Positions 1-10,947 of a DNA stretch of 32,000 bases are shown here, one piece after another. Location of the stretch: positions 330,001 to 362,000 of the forward strand of contig OZ245922.1 of NCBI GenBank assembly GCA_965229705.1, in the 5' to 3' direction. A program made the translations under genes and the position numbers. This DNA is from Candidatus Saccharimonadota bacterium. Lineage in GTDB: Bacteria > Patescibacteriota > Gracilibacteria > BD1-5 > UBA6164. The notes beneath the pieces are model-generated. The model had not been told where the DNA came from. It searched no databases and saw only the letters and a list, made by a program, of their open reading frames with translations. How positions within the stretch are numbered: the stretch's first letter is position 1; each line of letters begins with the position of its first letter.

Positions 1-738
1 TATATCACCATTCACTGCCAGTTGTCCAATCGCATGACCTGTGAGTTCAAGGTCATCTTTTAGGAATTTCCAAACAGGCTTTTCAGGGTTATCTTTGATC
101 TCATCTGTCTTTAGGAGGTAAGATACTTTCGTCTCTATATCACCAGTCAATGTGAGTTGCCCAATAGAAGAACCTGTGAGTTCAAGGTCATCTTTTAGGA
201 ATTTCCAAACAGGCTTTTCAGGGTTATCTTTGATCTCATCTGTCTTTAGGAGGTAGGATATTTTGGTCTCTATATCACCATTTACTGCCAGTTGCCCAAT
301 AGAAGAACCTGTGAGTTCAAGCTCATCTTTTAGGAATTTCCAAACAGGCTTTTCAGGGTTATCTTTGATCTCATCTGTCTTTAGGAGGTAGGATATTTTT
401 GTCTCTACATTACCAGTCAGTGCCAGTTTTCCAATCGCATAACCTGTGAGTTCAAGGTCATCTTTTAGGAATTTCCAAACAGGTTTTTCTGGACTATCCT
501 TCATCTCACCTGTCTTTAGGAGGTAGGATATTTTGGTCTCTATATCACCAGTCAATGTGAGTTGTCCAATCGCATGACCTGTGAGTTCAAGGTCATCTTT
601 TAGGAATTTCCAAACAGGCTTTTCAGGGTTATCTTTGATCTCATCTGTCTTTAGGAGGTAAGATACTTTCGTCTCTATATCACCAGTCAATGTGAGTTGC
701 CCAATAGAAGAACCTGTGAGTTCAAGGTCATCTTTTAA
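1..738. repeat. 120-bp tandem repeat, ~6 copies, coding (40 aa per unit), with a 540-bp higher-order duplication
   Basis: The unit ...ttcaaggtcatcttttaggaatttccaaacaggcttttcagggttatctttgatctcatctgtctttaggaggta... recurs every 120 bp. Positions 21-197 are identical to 561-737. Confidence 0.9.
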
Positions 739-1296
739 GAATGAAGCATAAGATAAAATAATACTTATCCTCTTCTCTCCGTCAGATTTAATAGCAATTT
801 TTAATAGATGATGCAATTTAGGAAATAGCTTCTGATATTCTCCTTCCTCATTAGCCCAAGCCAATATATGAAACCAACTTCCATAAAAAACTGCTTTAAT
901 AATATTTTTTTTAATTGTTTGATCTGTGTGTGTTGCAAGAAAGTCTTTCAAACTTGCTACATCAAATGACTCACATTTCTTTCTAATATCATTTATCAAG
1001 TCCAAGTTTTCAAACGCTGTTAATTCCCAAGCTGTTGTTGTGAGATGACCTGAAGATTGCAACACTTGGAGGAGCTCAACTTGCGTAAGTCTTTTAGCTC
1101 GCAAACAGCTCAAAGCTTGAACCAAAATAAGTTGAGGCAACTCTTCTAGGCTAGCTGACCGTACTCGTTTTTTTAGGCAATTTGCCAAATCTTTCCTCTG
1201 TCCAAGAATAATATGTAATAATTCCTTTACCTTATCTCACTGCTCAAATTTTTCAGTAGCTGAAGGACTTGCTCATTGTTGTGTAAGCTCATTCAT
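1..1296 (-). CDS. hypothetical tandem-repeat protein: unique ~185-aa N-terminal region followed by 40-aa repeats. The 3' end runs off the left edge of the window.
   Basis: The minus-strand frame is open from ATG 1296, with an in-frame TAA upstream at 1339-1341, down to position 1. There are two in-frame TGA (1273-1275, 1237-1239). It starts MNELTQQGASPSATEKFEQGDKVKELLHIILGQRKDL. From ~738 leftward it reads (ETKVSYLLKTDEIKDNPEKPVWKFLKDDLELTGxxIGQLxLTGDI)n. It is absent from the ORF track because it has no stop inside the window. Confidence 0.6.
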
Positions 1297-1389
1297 TGAA
1301 AGAAGTAAAATGTAATTGACACAAGTAATATAAATTTTTTAATGAATATTTCAAATTTTTATTGTTTTTCACTTTTTCTGGCTTTATTT

Positions 1390-2430
1390 TTACACAACTT
1401 CTCACAAACCAGGTCTTTTCGAGAGATTTTTACAAAACTTTTCTCTGAGTTCTCAGAGTGTTTCTTGCGTCATCTCAAAAGACTCAGTAGTCACTAAACG
1501 CTTTCGATAGTCTTTCACTCATGGAAAGGATTTGAGATATTGCACTAGATGCTTGCGAATCTCAAGTGATCATTTTCTCTCTCACTTTGTTTCTACCAGT
1601 TTTTGTGCGTGAAACTCCATCGCGTCAAGCATTTCTTGCAAAGTTGGCTGATAACAACCATCTACAAAGGCATCTCTTGGGTATAGTTCAGGATGTTTGT
1701 CAGCATGTTCTTTCCCGATAAAACACCAAGGATTCCCAAAGCTTCTTCGTCCTATCATAAAACCTGCTAGATTTTTGAGCTTTGTTATACCATCATCATA
1801 GTGTTCTATATCTCCATTACATATGACAGGAATATCAAGATTTTTTTGAAGTTCGTATATGTTGGTAAAATCAGCTTTTCCCGTATAGGCTTGCTTTGCG
1901 GTTCTTCCATGAATAGTGATCAATCTTGCTCAGGCTTTTTGTAGTCATTGGGCAAAGGCTATGAGGTCTTGGTTTCCGTCAAAACTCAGCCGCGTTTTTA
2001 CAGAGATTGGGAGATCAACAGACTCGTCAAGGGCTTTCACGATATCAAAAGCTGTTTGTTCGTTGATAAGCAGACTTGATCCGTGTCCGCTTCTGACAAC
2101 CTTTTTAGCAGGACATCACATATTGACGTCTATTCCTGCAACTCCATAGTTTTTGATAATCTTTGCTGACTTGGCAAAGTTTTCAGGGTTTTTTCCAAAT
2201 ATTTGAATAATCAGAGGCTGTTCTATCTCTTGATGGAGGAGGACACTCTCTGCTAAGAACTTTGAATGCACGAGTCCATCAGCACTATAAAACTCACTCA
2301 CGCAATAAATATGAGGTGCAATACGCTTCATAGACTGACGATACGCACTATCTCCATATCCATCCATTGGGGCGAGAAAGCAGAGATTTTTCTGTTTTTC
2401 GAGTTGTTGTTTCCAAAAATTTTTATGCAT
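1390..2430 (-). CDS. dus: tRNA-dihydrouridine synthase (Dus family)
   Basis: Standard-code fragments 2116-2430 and 1582-1923 lie in one minus-strand frame and join when TGA is read as Gly. Motifs: FLAPMDGYGDSAYRQ; IDVNM-G(TGA 2116-2118)-CPAKKVVRSGHGSSLL; ITIHGRTAKQ; C-terminal HLVQYLKSFPGVKDYRK. The stop is TAA 1390-1392, and the former stop at 1582-1584 is a TGA. Confidence 0.9.
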
Positions 2431-2491
2431 AAATCTTTCTTTTTTTGAGGGATTATAAGAAAAAATACATTTTTTTGAATTTTTTTACTTC

Positions 2492-3073
2492 ATGTCAACT
2501 TCTTTTATTTGCAAGAAAAAGAAAAGGTATGCTAACATAGGGATATATATTTTTTTATCACTTTTTATGAACCTTTCAGAAATCTTAATAAAGAAAACAG
2601 ATATGCGTGATGCATATAAAGAAAAATACAACCTCCCAAAACGATCGAAAATACTTATAGCGCTTTGCTGTAAAGACACAAAAATAATAAAAAAAATACA
2701 AAAAGGCCTCGCAGTTCTTCCAGCAAACTTTATCATTTTTTGAAAAGTTGAAGAGCAAATAGAGGCAAAAAATGTTGCCTATGAGTCAGACTATCTCTCG
2801 TTTGATATGATGGGAGTAGACGCAGTAATAAATGATGGTGAAGGTATGAAGATAGAGAAGAGCATGAGTGTATGAGTTGTGCCTATTCTTCCAGAGAAAA
2901 ACTATCTTGGAAAAATACTTTCTGAATTTCATGCTGGAAGGGGAGAGGGGAATGCCTTTCTCTTTGAACAGGATTCTCCTTGGTCTATGTATTATGCGCT
3001 TGTACGATATATCGAAAATCATAAGTTTCCCTATGATAATAGAAATCTCGTAAAAAATACCTTATGAGTATAA
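2492..3073 (+). CDS. hypothetical protein resembling only the C-terminal (Glycos_transf_1-like) half of a GT-B glycosyltransferase. It may be truncated, and the start is uncertain (ATG 2492, 2603, 2807 or 2810 are all in frame).
   Basis: One frame is open from 2492 to TAA 3071-3073 once TGA 2741, 2873 and 3065 are read through. The sequence LPANFIIFGKVEEQIEAKNVAYESDYLSF...GVVPILPEKNYLGKILSEFHAGRGEGNAFLFEQDSPWSMYYALVRY resembles the G..P.V....G.....V......G.LF......L..AL pattern of GT1/GT5 C-terminal domains. No N-terminal GT-B half lies upstream, because divergent dus starts at 2430. Confidence 0.35.
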
Positions 3074-3546
3074 ACACTATTTGAAAAAACTTTAATACTC
3101 CTCAAGCGGGAGCTGGGAGTATTATAAAAATCATCAATGATATTTCACAGTCTGTCGGAGAAGAAGTCCGTGTAGTCACTCATCCTGACGCAGAAGGTTA
3201 CATGATACGGTCTCGAAAAGATGGAGAGTTCATATGAGAAATATACGAGGGAACATATCAATTTTGAGACCAAAAACACTTTCATTTATGAGTAGAAGTA
3301 CCTGAGAAAATTCGTAGAAAAGGTATAGGAACAAAGCTCTATGAGCTATGGGAAGCATTTTGACGCGAAATACCAGAAGAGGAATTTACGAGAGATAGAG
3401 GACAAGTAGATTTTTTTCAAAGACTGGGTTATCAGCCAGTATCTCTGATAAGAGATTGTAATGGAGAGGAAGAAGAGATAGATGGACCAGTATCATACCA
3501 ACATATATGAAAAGGCTATTCTCTGAGAATGATAATGGAAAAATAG
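3064..3546 (+). CDS. small GNAT-family N-acetyltransferase-like protein (160 aa)
   Basis: Runs from ATG 3064 (overlapping the upstream ORF by 10 nt) to TAG 3544-3546, with several in-frame TGA. Motif-A-like HLGVEVPEKIRRKGIGTKLYELW is followed by RGQVDFFQRLGYQPV. Confidence 0.6.
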
Positions 3547-3567
3547 CTTTCACGGCTATTTTTTTTT
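3541..3567 (+). terminator. candidate intrinsic terminator after the GNAT gene
   Basis: aaatagc-tttcacg-gctattt forms a 7-bp stem followed by a run of T. Confidence 0.45.
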
Positions 3568-3593
3568 GACTTCACTTTTTTTGCTCATAGAGT
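3566..3593 (+). promoter_or_regulatory. candidate sigma70-like promoter for topA
   Basis: TTGACT (3566-3571), a 16-nt spacer, then TAGAGT (3588-3593), ~33 nt upstream of ATG 3626. Such matches are common in AT-rich DNA. Confidence 0.25.
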
Positions 3594-3625
3594 AGTGCCG
3601 TGATTTTTATTCTTGCAAAGCACTT

Positions 3626-5911
3626 ATGGCAAAAAACCTCGTAATCGTCGAGTCACCAGCAAAGGGAAAGACTATAGAAAAATACCTCTGAAAAGATTAT
3701 AAAGTTGTCGCATCTATGTGACATATACGAGACCTCCCACAAAAAACTCTCGGAATAGATATAGAAAATAACTTTGTTCCAGAATATCAAATATCAGATG
3801 ACAAGAAGAAAACTGTCTCTGAACTCAAGAAACTCGCAAAATCTTCAGAAAATATCATTCTTGCTACCGATGAAGATAGAGAATGAGAAGCAATAGCCTG
3901 GCATTTGGCACATGTATTTTGAATTGACCCAAAAACTGCGCAAAGAGTGACCTATCATGAGATTACAAAAACTGCGATACAAGAAGCATTTTCTCAACCA
4001 CAAAAAATAAATCTAGAACTCGTTAATGCTCAGCAAGCAAGGCGACTGCTTGATCGACTTGTATGATATAAAGTTTCTCCGGTACTCTGGGATAAAGTAA
4101 GAAGAGGTCTTTCAGCAGGAAGGGTACAGTCTGTTGCCGTAAAACTCATTGTAGAAAAAGAACGCGAAATACAGGCATTTACTCCTGTAGAAAGCTGGAG
4201 TATTAAAGCGCAGATGGAGTTTGGAAAAGAAAAGTTTGAGATATACTTCTCAAAACAAGATGGAAAAGTAAAAAAACTCACTAGCAAGCAAGACACGCAG
4301 AAGATTCTTGCAGCTCTCATAGATGATATCAGCTCTCTTAAAGAAACAACTACAAAAAAAGATACCAAACAGCTTTCAGAGAGTATTTCTCTCCCATTTG
4401 AACTCACTGATATTATCAAAAAAGACTCTCAAAGAACACCATGAGCACCATTTACGACCTCTACCCTTCAGCAAGAGTGAGCTCGAAAACATAGTTTGAG
4501 CGTGAAACAAACTATGATGATAGCACAAAAACTCTACGAAGGTATAGATCTAGGAGATGGAGAGAGACAATGACTCATAACATACATGAGAACTGATAGT
4601 CTTCATCTCTCAACAGAAGCGCTCACAAATTGTCAAAAAGTGATTACCGAGACATTTGGAAAACAGTATCATAAAAAACGAACATACACCACAAAATCTG
4701 CAGGTGCTCAGGAAGCTCATGAGGCTATACGACCAACTGATCTCTCACGAACACCTGAGAGTCTGAACCAGTTTCTTGACGCAAACCAACTCAAACTTTA
4801 TACCCTCATATGGAAGCGCACGCTTGCAAGTCAGATGAGCAATGCTCTCGTTGAAGTGACAACCTATAACTTTTGCCCTAGCAAGTCTCCAAAGCAAACT
4901 TGGCAGGCAAAGTGAGAGGTAATACAGTTTGATGGTTTTATGAAACTTTATATAGAGTGAAATGATGATGAAGAAGAAGATACAAGTGAAAAGTGATGAC
5001 TACTTCCAGCGATGAAAGAAGGTGATATTGCTCACTCACAACAAATAATTGCCACACAAACATTTTCTCGTCCACCAGCCCGGTATACAGAAGCCAGCTT
5101 GGTAAAGAAACTTGAGTCAGAAGGGATAGGGAGACCATCAACCTATGCTCCTACTATTTCTACGATTATTGATAGGGGGTATATAGAAAAAAAAGACCGA
5201 AAATACCTACATCCAACAGATACTGCTTTTTTGGTAACCGATTTTTTAGAAAAGTTTTTTGAACAGATGATGCAGTATAGCTTTACAAAGTCTGTAGAAG
5301 AAGAGTTCGACACTATCGCAAAATGAGAGCTGACATATCAGAATATGCTCAAGAAGTTTTGGGAAAAAACTCTCAAAGCCTCTATTGAACATGCGGGAAC
5401 TCACGCAGAAAGAGTGGTACAAAAAGTAGGGAAGAATTGTACAAAATGTGATGGAGGGGAGCTTGTATATAAATACTCTGCTTGAGGAAAATTCATCTGA
5501 TGTTCAAACTATCCTAGTTGTAAACATATAGAACAACCAGAAGAACTAAAAAATGCTCTTGATACCCTCAGAAATAAGTATGAATGAAAACCTTGTCCAG
5601 ATGGTATAGAGGGGACTATTGTTGTAAAAACTGGTCGTTTTTGACCTTTTCTTGCGAGTAGTGAATATCCAAAGGTAAAATGGATAGGAAAAATAAAAGA
5701 TGAGAAAGAAGAAATCCTTGAAGAGATACTGTGAGAAAAATGAATGCTTGTTGATGAAGAGACAGGAGAAGAAATGGTAGTCAAAAATTCTCGTAGAGGA
5801 CCATTTCTGGCAGCAAAAAGATATCCAGAAGTCAAAATAGCAAAAAATATTCCAAAAGAAGTATGGAATGAAGTAAACGAAAGGCTCAAACAGATAGAAG
5901 AAATAAAATAA
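3626..5911 (+). CDS. topA: DNA topoisomerase I (type IA) with C-terminal zinc-ribbon repeats
   Basis: ATG 3626, TAA 5909-5911. Toprim region: [22 protein letters not shown](TGA 3689)[10 protein letters not shown](TGA 3719)-HIRDLP. Active-site Tyr region: [15 protein letters not shown]. Also AHEAIRPTD, and Cys clusters [28 protein letters not shown]. Standard-code fragments 4214-4444, 4586-4915 and 5012-5326 are all in this frame. Confidence 0.95.
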
Positions 5912-6034
5912 TTTTTTTATAGATATCAATTTTTTATAACAAGTAAATAAAAAAAGTCTATAATAAATTTGATTTTAATAAAAATATACTCATAATATAT
6001 CTTATATAATTTATGTAAGATATATTTATTTTTT

Positions 6035-9000
6035 ATGAAAGGTATTCAAAGAGTATGACAGTGAGGAAGTGGTTCACTCGAAATATGACAATGAATTAAT
6101 AGTTCGACTACTCCTGTATATGAAAGTACTTTGGGAGAAGTTCATGATATCCTTAGTGGTCAATCACATATCAATATTGCCAGTGAAGAAGATGTTCAAA
6201 AATTATTCGATGAGTTTTGACTGTGATCTCATACTTCTTGAGCGTTGGTATTCAGAACAAGATGTTTAGGTATTATTCATGGTTCCTATGAACATAAAAA
6301 TAATGAAGACGAAGCTCTTTCTGATTATGTAATTGGAAAACAAACACTCAGTAAGCTGAGAACCTCATTTCCTTTTAAGGTTACAGTTACAAATACTTCT
6401 GTTGTTAAACACATCAGTTTAATGGAAGTTATACTTCATCCTGTGAAAATACTCCCAAGAGTATTAAAGAACGGAAAAGTAAATGATTTTTTAAATGATG
6501 GAGACACCTGAAAAGAATTTTTACTTTGAACCATACCTGCCCAACTCACCGGGTGACAAATTAATAAGTATGTAAATAAAAAAGATATTATACAAAATGC
6601 TCTTTTTGTTCTTATGGTCCCAAACTTTTTGATACAACAAGGAGAGAAATATCAGAATAATTTTTTTCAGATTCTATTCAAAGAGATAAAAAGTTCAGAA
6701 AAAAAGAGACTATTGTCAAAAGACTCATTTTTTTATTCGTATTTGCAAGAACATTTTTCGAGTATTTCGTACCTGAAAAAGCATTTTTTTATACACAGAG
6801 AAGAGAGTCAGAAAAATCTATGAAAAAATGTGAAACATAGTACTACTCAAGTAGATTATCCGCAGAGAAATCTTTCTGGAGAGAATACTTCTCAGGAGAA
6901 ACGGCAGATAGATCCAGGATTTCAAGAAGTAGTCGCAAGACAAGGAGAAGATTTTGAAAGGTTTATGTGACATATAACAGATATACTCAGAATTTTCAAG
7001 TGTAGTAAGAGACTAAGCTTTATATGTTTGAATATATACGATTTGCAAAACACAAAAAAACTAAATACTCCACTAGAAGAAATGAATATTTGAGAAATTG
7101 TTGATCTATATATTGCCTGACAGATTGATCTTGAAACGGCGCAAAGAGCAAAAGGTTTTGGTATGGATGAAGATCAATCAGAGAATCTCATACTTTATAC
7201 AGAAAAACTGAGTTTAGATCAAGAAACAATCGAGAAAATTAATCAAGATTATGGTGATGATGAAGACCCTTTTCGTCAGTGAGTTGTACTTTCACGAATA
7301 GATCTCTGAGTTTCTCTCTGAGAAGTGAAAGCAGAGAGGATGATATATTACCTTCTTCCACTGATACTCTATCCAACTTTTATTGTCAAACAACACCCAG
7401 AATACCAAAAAAGAGTGATAGAAATATTTCTCATAAATATCCAAAGATTGACAGAGTACTCTCTCAGTAGAGAAGATTTGCAGTCAGTTTTTATGTATTT
7501 AGAAAAGTATTTTCCCACATTCAGAGAACTTATGGATTATCAAGAAGAACTTTTGGATATAGCATGACTCCTTCAAGCCTTTGAATATCCAAGAGGACTA
7601 TGATACATTGCAGAGCTAAAGTTAGAGTTTCAAAGAGTATCATGAAAGCCAGTAACTAGTAAGGAAGATCTAGAGGCATATTGACTCGAAGATGCAAGTT
7701 TAATGCTCCTCTCATGAAAGTATGCTATAGATTCGATAAAAGAAGATATTTTTCCTAATTCTGAGAAAAAACACCAGCCATATGAGATTACTCATTTGTT
7801 AGGTCTTGCCAAAAATACAGAATTACAAAAACAATTTTTGAATATTTGTGATCAACAAACTAATAATATTTCTTCATTTGAAAACATCGATAGTATATGA
7901 ATACTTGAAAAAAGTATTCTTATGATGGCAATATTTCTCATAAGATCAAAAGAGAGTCTTATTTCTTCCGTAAAAGTGAGATATAAATATCATTTACTTT
8001 CATTACTCATTTATCCACAGTATATTCAAAAAACATCAGCAAAACAACAAAGAAGATTTTTCCAACTCCTGTTTCAACTCTTTAGTGAGAAGCAACTTCT
8101 TGGTGATGAGAGGATATATAACTACCTCCAAAAGTATTTTTGAAATATTGAGAGTCTCCAAACAAAAATAGCTTCTTATAATAAAAAGAAAGAATGAAAC
8201 GGCAAGGGAGTAAGACTGAGAAAAGCAGGAACGATGAAAAAAGGATCAAGAACAGACAGCCAAAAACTTACGGTTCCAATGTTTCCAATAGAAACATCAT
8301 CAATACCAGAAAAAGAGACTCCAAGAGAAAAGTCTCTTGAAGAGATACTTGAAGATGTACCGAAAGTTACGCGAGAGAATACTCGGGTAAGCAAGTTAGG
8401 GAAAAAGTATATTATTGATTCTGATATCGCCGTTCCAGAAGGATTTACGGTATTTATATGTTTGTGGGCAAAAAAGAAATGAACAACTTTGAAAGAACCT
8501 CAACAATTTCATACTTACACGCTGTGAAAAGCTATAGATATTCCTAGAGGATATCATCTTACAGTATGAGTTTTCCCTGAAAACACAGAGTTCAATCGTT
8601 CACTTTATGATCAACACAGTGAAAGTTTTCCTCATATTTACACTTCAACTGTACCAAAAAGTAGCAAAAAACAATATCATTGATGAGGCTTTTGAAGAAA
8701 GCAAGACTCATCAAAAAAACAAAGTGTAAAACCAGAAACACCTACAAACCATAGCACTACAAGCGAAGCAGAAAAAGATGTAGATCTCCTTCAATATGCA
8801 GTGACTGAGCATATCAATCGCGAAAATATGCGTATAAAGGGTGATGTGCTCAGCTTTGATATTCCTGAGTGAACAGGAGTTTTAGATACATCAGGTTATT
8901 CTGGGGAGGCAAAAACGAGAACTATCAAGATAGAGATGACGGGAGAAAGTAGTTATAAATTGCTATGTTTCTTATGAATTTCACAATTGCAAGTTACTGA

Positions 9001-10015
9001 TAATGACCTAGACACTGCTTTAAAACAAATAGTAACAGAAATCCAAAGAGAGAGACAAGAAGCAGAAAAAAAGAAGAAAATACAAGAAATGGCAAGGGAG
9101 AGAAAGAGGATACATGGACAACTCTCAGAACCCATAAAAAAGGCTACGGTATTTCTCTGACAGTGTCAGCCATCAGAAATAAAAAAGGTTACAGGAAACA
9201 GGACATTTTATGTATGGCAGATGCCGAGAAAGCAAGAGTTTTATGATAAAATCTCTGATATGTATAAAGGTATTTGATATGATATACGCTTTATACAGTG
9301 AGAAAAGCGGATATTAGACGCCGTGAGTATTAACGAGTATACTTTTGATATTCACTCGTCTGGGAAGGTAAAAAAAATTACTTGTGATAAAAAACTGGAT
9401 TTTTATCAAGACCAGATTTTGAGAATTATCTTAGAGTGAGTTTTGGCAGTGTTGGTAGTAAAATACTATCAGGATGATAATTTAGCCACAGAGAAGGCTG
9501 AGGTACTCTCACGAGTAAACGCATATATTGCTGATAGAGCTTCAAAAAGAGAAGAGTTAGTTACAAGACTCAAAGAAGGGAGAGCTTCTTTTGTTGATGG
9601 ATGGGAATACCATGAAAGTGAGAGTGTTGGCAGCAATCACCCCGAAATCACATATCGTGATTTACTCTGAACACGAGGACATATTAAGTTTTTTTGAAAT
9701 AAAATATTTAAAGAAGAGACTCTATTGCGCAACTATGAGGAACTTTTTGAAGAAATGGAAGAACATAAAGGAGCATTGACAGAGTATGTATTTATGAGGC
9801 TTACAAGTACCGAAAGAATACAGAATCAGAGTCAGAAAATACAGTATATATTATATTGATTTCAAGATGAGGGACTCTCTTTCGAAAGTGATGATATTAA
9901 GGGAAAACATGAGTTTTGTCTCAAAGTTCTCTCTGCGATGAGGAAAGCAAAAATAGGAGTCGAGCTTATTCGCCCTACATCATTTTTATATGAAGAGATT
10001 GAAGAGTTTTTATAA
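6035..10015 (+). CDS. large hypothetical protein (1326 aa) with no domain I can recognise and three related internal modules
   Basis: ATG 6035, TAA 10013-10015. I walked every codon and found 40 in-frame TGA and no TAA/TAG. Standard-code fragments 6245-6511, 6614-6823, 7325-7567, 7922-8143, 8234-8482 and 9443-9670 all lie in this frame. Confidence 0.7.
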
Positions 10016-10033
10016 TCTTGAACTATTTATACT

Positions 10034-10783
10034 ATGCAGGAACATCTACGCGCTCACCTCCAAACTCGTAAACAGCCGCAAGTTCTACAAAGGTTTTTTT
10101 CAAAAATACAGTGAAAAGTGTCAAATATCCTCAAAACATGATACACCAAGATTCTTGAGGGATTGGACAGTACTTCTATTTCTCCAAATAGACTGGTAAC
10201 ACTGAGAACAGTAACGGCAATTAGCGTAGCAGGTATACTCACTCTGAATGATAATTTGTGAATGCTTGCTGAGTATGGACTTCTTACTGTGTGAGCACTA
10301 GCGTTGATCTCAGATAAGATAGACGGTGATCTTGCAAGATACACGCATCAAACATCAGTAGAAGGAGAGGTATATGACGCTCTTGCAGATAAGATAACTG
10401 TATACAGTATTCTTGCTCTTATATGGACTCAAGCTTCAGCAGAATCTCATTATCTTATACTTCTTTTACTGACATGAATGTCTTTTTCTCTCGACGCTTT
10501 CTCACAGTCTCTCAGGGGCAAGTATAATATTCAAGCACTCAGATCATTTTGGATGAAGCCCTTGAGTACTGAACAAAGGCAAAAAAATACTCAAAAACAG
10601 CAAACACAAAATGCTGCTAATATCTATGGTAAGCTCAAAACTTGTGCTGTGATGTCTGCTGTGTGAGTAGGAGTGCAGGATGTACTTCCACTCTCAGAAG
10701 AGAGTAAAATAACTATAGCAAACTGCTTGCTTACAAGTGGGATAATACTTTCCTGAGCAAGTCTTTATAATAAGTTTCGTTAA
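10034..10783 (+). CDS. CDP-alcohol phosphatidyltransferase family protein
   Basis: ATG 10034, TAA 10781-10783. Signature D-G-x2-A-R-x8-G-x3-D-x3-D: SDKIDGDLARYTHQTSVEGEVYDALADKI (from 10310). N-terminal ISPNRLVTLRT and several hydrophobic segments. In-frame TGA at 10112, 10139, 10157, 10259, 10292 and others. Confidence 0.8.
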
Positions 10784-10790
10784 GGAGACT

Positions 10791-10886
10791 CTGAGAAAGT
10801 CCTTTTTTTTCTCCTTTTACAAAGGAGAGATGGCTCGACAGAGCTAGAGAGGATTGGAGAATTCTTGTTTTCTCGAGACCGGTCTC
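10791..10886 (+). repeat. dispersed intergenic repeat, long/composite copy (head CTGAGAAAG + ~60-nt hairpin module + palindrome CTCGAGACCGGTCTC)
   Basis: The sequence ctgagaaagtcctttttttt-ctccttttacaaaggagagatggctcgacagagctagagaggattggagaatt-cttgttttctcgagaccggtctc is near-identical in its middle to the reverse complement of 21177-21264 and related to 27881-27974. Its head and palindrome match 31805-31843. It lies between convergent stops (10783 and 10948). Confidence 0.8.
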
Positions 10887-10947
10887 TTACACAAGATTTT
10901 TTCTATTTCTCAGAAGTTTCTTGAAAATCTAAGTAGTCTCATCTTTC

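Noticed and set aside
2492-3546. Upstream ORF plus GNAT as a type II toxin-antitoxin pair (TacAT/KacAT-like)
   Set aside because: The overlap and the GNAT size fit. However, the upstream product shows no RHH/DUF1778-like N-terminus and instead resembles a glycosyltransferase C-terminal half. This was not supportable from sequence alone.
4030-5929. Minus-strand ORFs inside topA (4030-4419, 4938-5141, 5509-5889, 5546-5929)
   Set aside because: These are low-complexity Ser/Phe/Leu-rich antisense shadows of a confidently identified plus-strand gene.
10872-10886. GAGACC/GGTCTC palindromes (back-to-back BsaI-type sites) as a cloning-vector or synthetic artefact
   Set aside because: They occur as three diverged copies (ccgg, ccag, plus a ctag variant) embedded in a larger natural repeat family with matching flanks, one of them inside a coding region. 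There is no vector-like sequence around them.
10784-10947. tRNA or other structured RNA gene in the larger intergenic gaps (10784-10947, 14546-14715, 27587-28042, 31798-31934)
   Set aside because: I could not find cloverleaf-compatible stems or T-loop GTTCRANYC-type motifs. The conserved hairpins there are explained by the dispersed repeat family.
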